The position numbers and the translations under genes are program-made. The notes beneath the pieces were generated by a model. It saw only the letters and a list, made by a program, of their open reading frames with translations, had not been told where the DNA came from and ran no database searches. This document shows, one piece after another, positions 62,355 to 64,000 of a stretch of DNA of 64,000 nt (position 1 is its first letter; every line of letters begins with the position of its first letter). The DNA comes from Isurus oxyrinchus (lineage: Eukaryota). The stretch lies in NCBI GenBank assembly GCA_026770705.1, contig JANJGN010000034.1, positions 11,036,001 to 11,100,000 on the forward strand, in the 5' to 3' direction.

Positions 62355-64000
62355 CCTCTGCACTGGGACTGTGAGAGTTTCTGTGCTGGAACTGTGTAAG
62401 TTTCTGTGCTGGGACTGTGTGAGTTTCTGTGCTGGGACTGTGTGAGTTTCTGTGCTGGGACTGTGTGAGTTTCTGTGCTGGGACTGTGTGAGCCTCTGTG
62501 CTGGGACTGTGTGAGCCTCTGTGCTGGGACTGTGTGAGTTTCTGCGCTGGGACTGTGTGAGTTTCTGCGCTGGGACTGTGTGAGTTTCTGCGCTGGGACT
62601 GTGTGAGTTTCTGCGCTGGGACTGTGTGAGTTTCTGCGCTGGGACTGTGTGAGTTTCTGTTTTGGGACTGTGTGAGTTTCTGTGCTGGGACTGTGTGAGT
62701 TTCTGTGCTGGGACTGTGTGAGTTTCTGTGCTGGGACTGTGTGAGTTTCTGTGCTGGGACTGTGGGAGTTTCTGTGCTGGGACTGTGGGAGTTTCTGTGC
62801 TGGGACTGTGTGAGTTTCTGTTTTGGGACTGTGTGAGTTTCTGTGCTGGGACTGTGTGAGTTTCTGTGCTGGGACTGTGTGAGTTTCTGTGCTGGGACTG
62901 TGTGAGTTTCTGTGCTGGGACTGTGGGAGTTTCTGTGCTGGGACTGTGGGAGTTTCTGTGCTGGGACTGTGTGAGTTTCCGTGCTGGGACTGTGTGTGTT
63001 TCCGTGCTGGGATTGTGTGAGTTTCTGTGCTGGGACTGTGTGAGTTTCCGTGCTGGGACTGTGTGAGTTTCCGTGCTGGGACTGTGTGAGTTTCCGTGCT
63101 GGGACTGTGTGAGTTTCCATGCTGGGACTGCTGTGTGAGTTTCCGTGCTGGGACTGCTGTGTGAGTTTCCGTGCTGGGACTGCTGTGTGAGTTTCTGTGC
63201 TGGGACTGTGTGAGTTTCCGTGCTGGGACTGTGTGAGTTTCCGTGCTGGGACTGTGTGAGTTTCCGTGCTGGGACTGTGTGAGTTTCTGTGCTGGGACTG
63301 TGTGAGTTTCTGTGCTGGGACTGTGTGAGTTTCTGTGCTGGGACTGTGTGAGTTTCCGTGCTGGGACTGTGTGAGTTTCTGTGCTGGGACTGTGTGAGTT
63401 TCTGTGCTGGGACTGTGTGAGTTTCTGTGCTGGGACTGTGTGAGTTTCTGTGCTGGGACTGTGTGAGCCTCTGTGCTGGGACTGTGTGAGCCTCTGTGCT
63501 GGGACTGTGTGAGTTTCTGCGCTGGGACTGTGTGAGTTTCTGCGCTGGGACTGTGTGAGTTTCTGCGCTGGGACTGTGTGAGTTTCTGCGCTGGGACTGT
63601 GTGAGTTTCTGCGCTGGGACTGTGTGAGTTTCTGCGCTGGGACTGTGTGAGTTTCTGTGCTGGGACTGTGTGAGTTTCTGTGCTGGGACTGTGGGAGTTT
63701 CTGTGCTGGGACTGTGGGAGTTTCTGTGCTGGGACTGTGTGAGTTTCCGTGCTGGGACTGTGTGTGTTTCCGTGCTGGGATTGTGTGAGTTTCTGTGCTG
63801 GGACTGTGTGAGTTTCCGTGCTGGGACTGTGTGAGTTTCCGTGCTGGGACTGTGTGAGTTTCCGTGCTGGGACTGTGTGAGTTTCCGTGCTGGGACTGCT
63901 GTGTGAGTTTCCGTGCTGGGACTGCTGTGTGAGTTTCCGTGCTGGGACTGCTGTGGGAGTTTCTGTGCTGGGACTGCTGTGGGAGTTTCTGTGCTGGGAC
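62355..64000. repeat. 23-bp tandem satellite, homogeneous, runs off the window
   Basis: Unit GGGACTGTGTGAGTTTCTGTGCT, about 70 copies. Confidence 0.97.

Noticed and set aside
62104-63120. 338-aa ORF (HTVPAQKLTQSQHRNSHSPSTET repeats)
   Set aside because: Translation of the 23-bp satellite (three units = 23 aa); no evidence of a gene.
62355-64000. CRISPR-like array
   Set aside because: Head-to-tail tandem units with no unique spacers, in eukaryotic DNA.

Overview
Repeat-rich vertebrate genomic DNA, most likely from a cartilaginous fish (inferred from the SINE/CR1/Penelope repertoire and the two-exon GPR139-like genes). Four genes were assembled by hand from splice sites and reading phase. (1) A complete 7-exon, 441-aa Siglec-like inhibitory receptor (+, 21463-35834): leader, V domain with the Siglec B-E cysteine pattern but no sialic-acid-binding Arg, two C2-type domains, TM, and an ITSM/ITIM-like tail; a dead duplicate of its exon 4 lies in intron 4. 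(2) A CEACAM/CD2-like gene (+) seen only as a leader exon (39697-39751) and a Cys-modified N-type V exon (42346-42657). (3, 4) Two tandem two-exon GPR139-like class A GPCRs (-; 47902-51485, 323 aa; 56489-61385, 330 aa) sharing a conserved promoter block. Mobile DNA includes a nearly intact Penelope retroelement (RT plus GIY-YIG, two nonsense codons), many Penelope-derived fragments with hammerhead-ribozyme motifs (one intact and sense inside a GPCR intron), CR1/L2 fragments and tRNA-derived SINEs. A 23-bp satellite occurs as two oppositely oriented arrays, and there are two assembly gaps. Family assignments rest on motif recognition only; no searches were run. Repeat boundaries are approximate.
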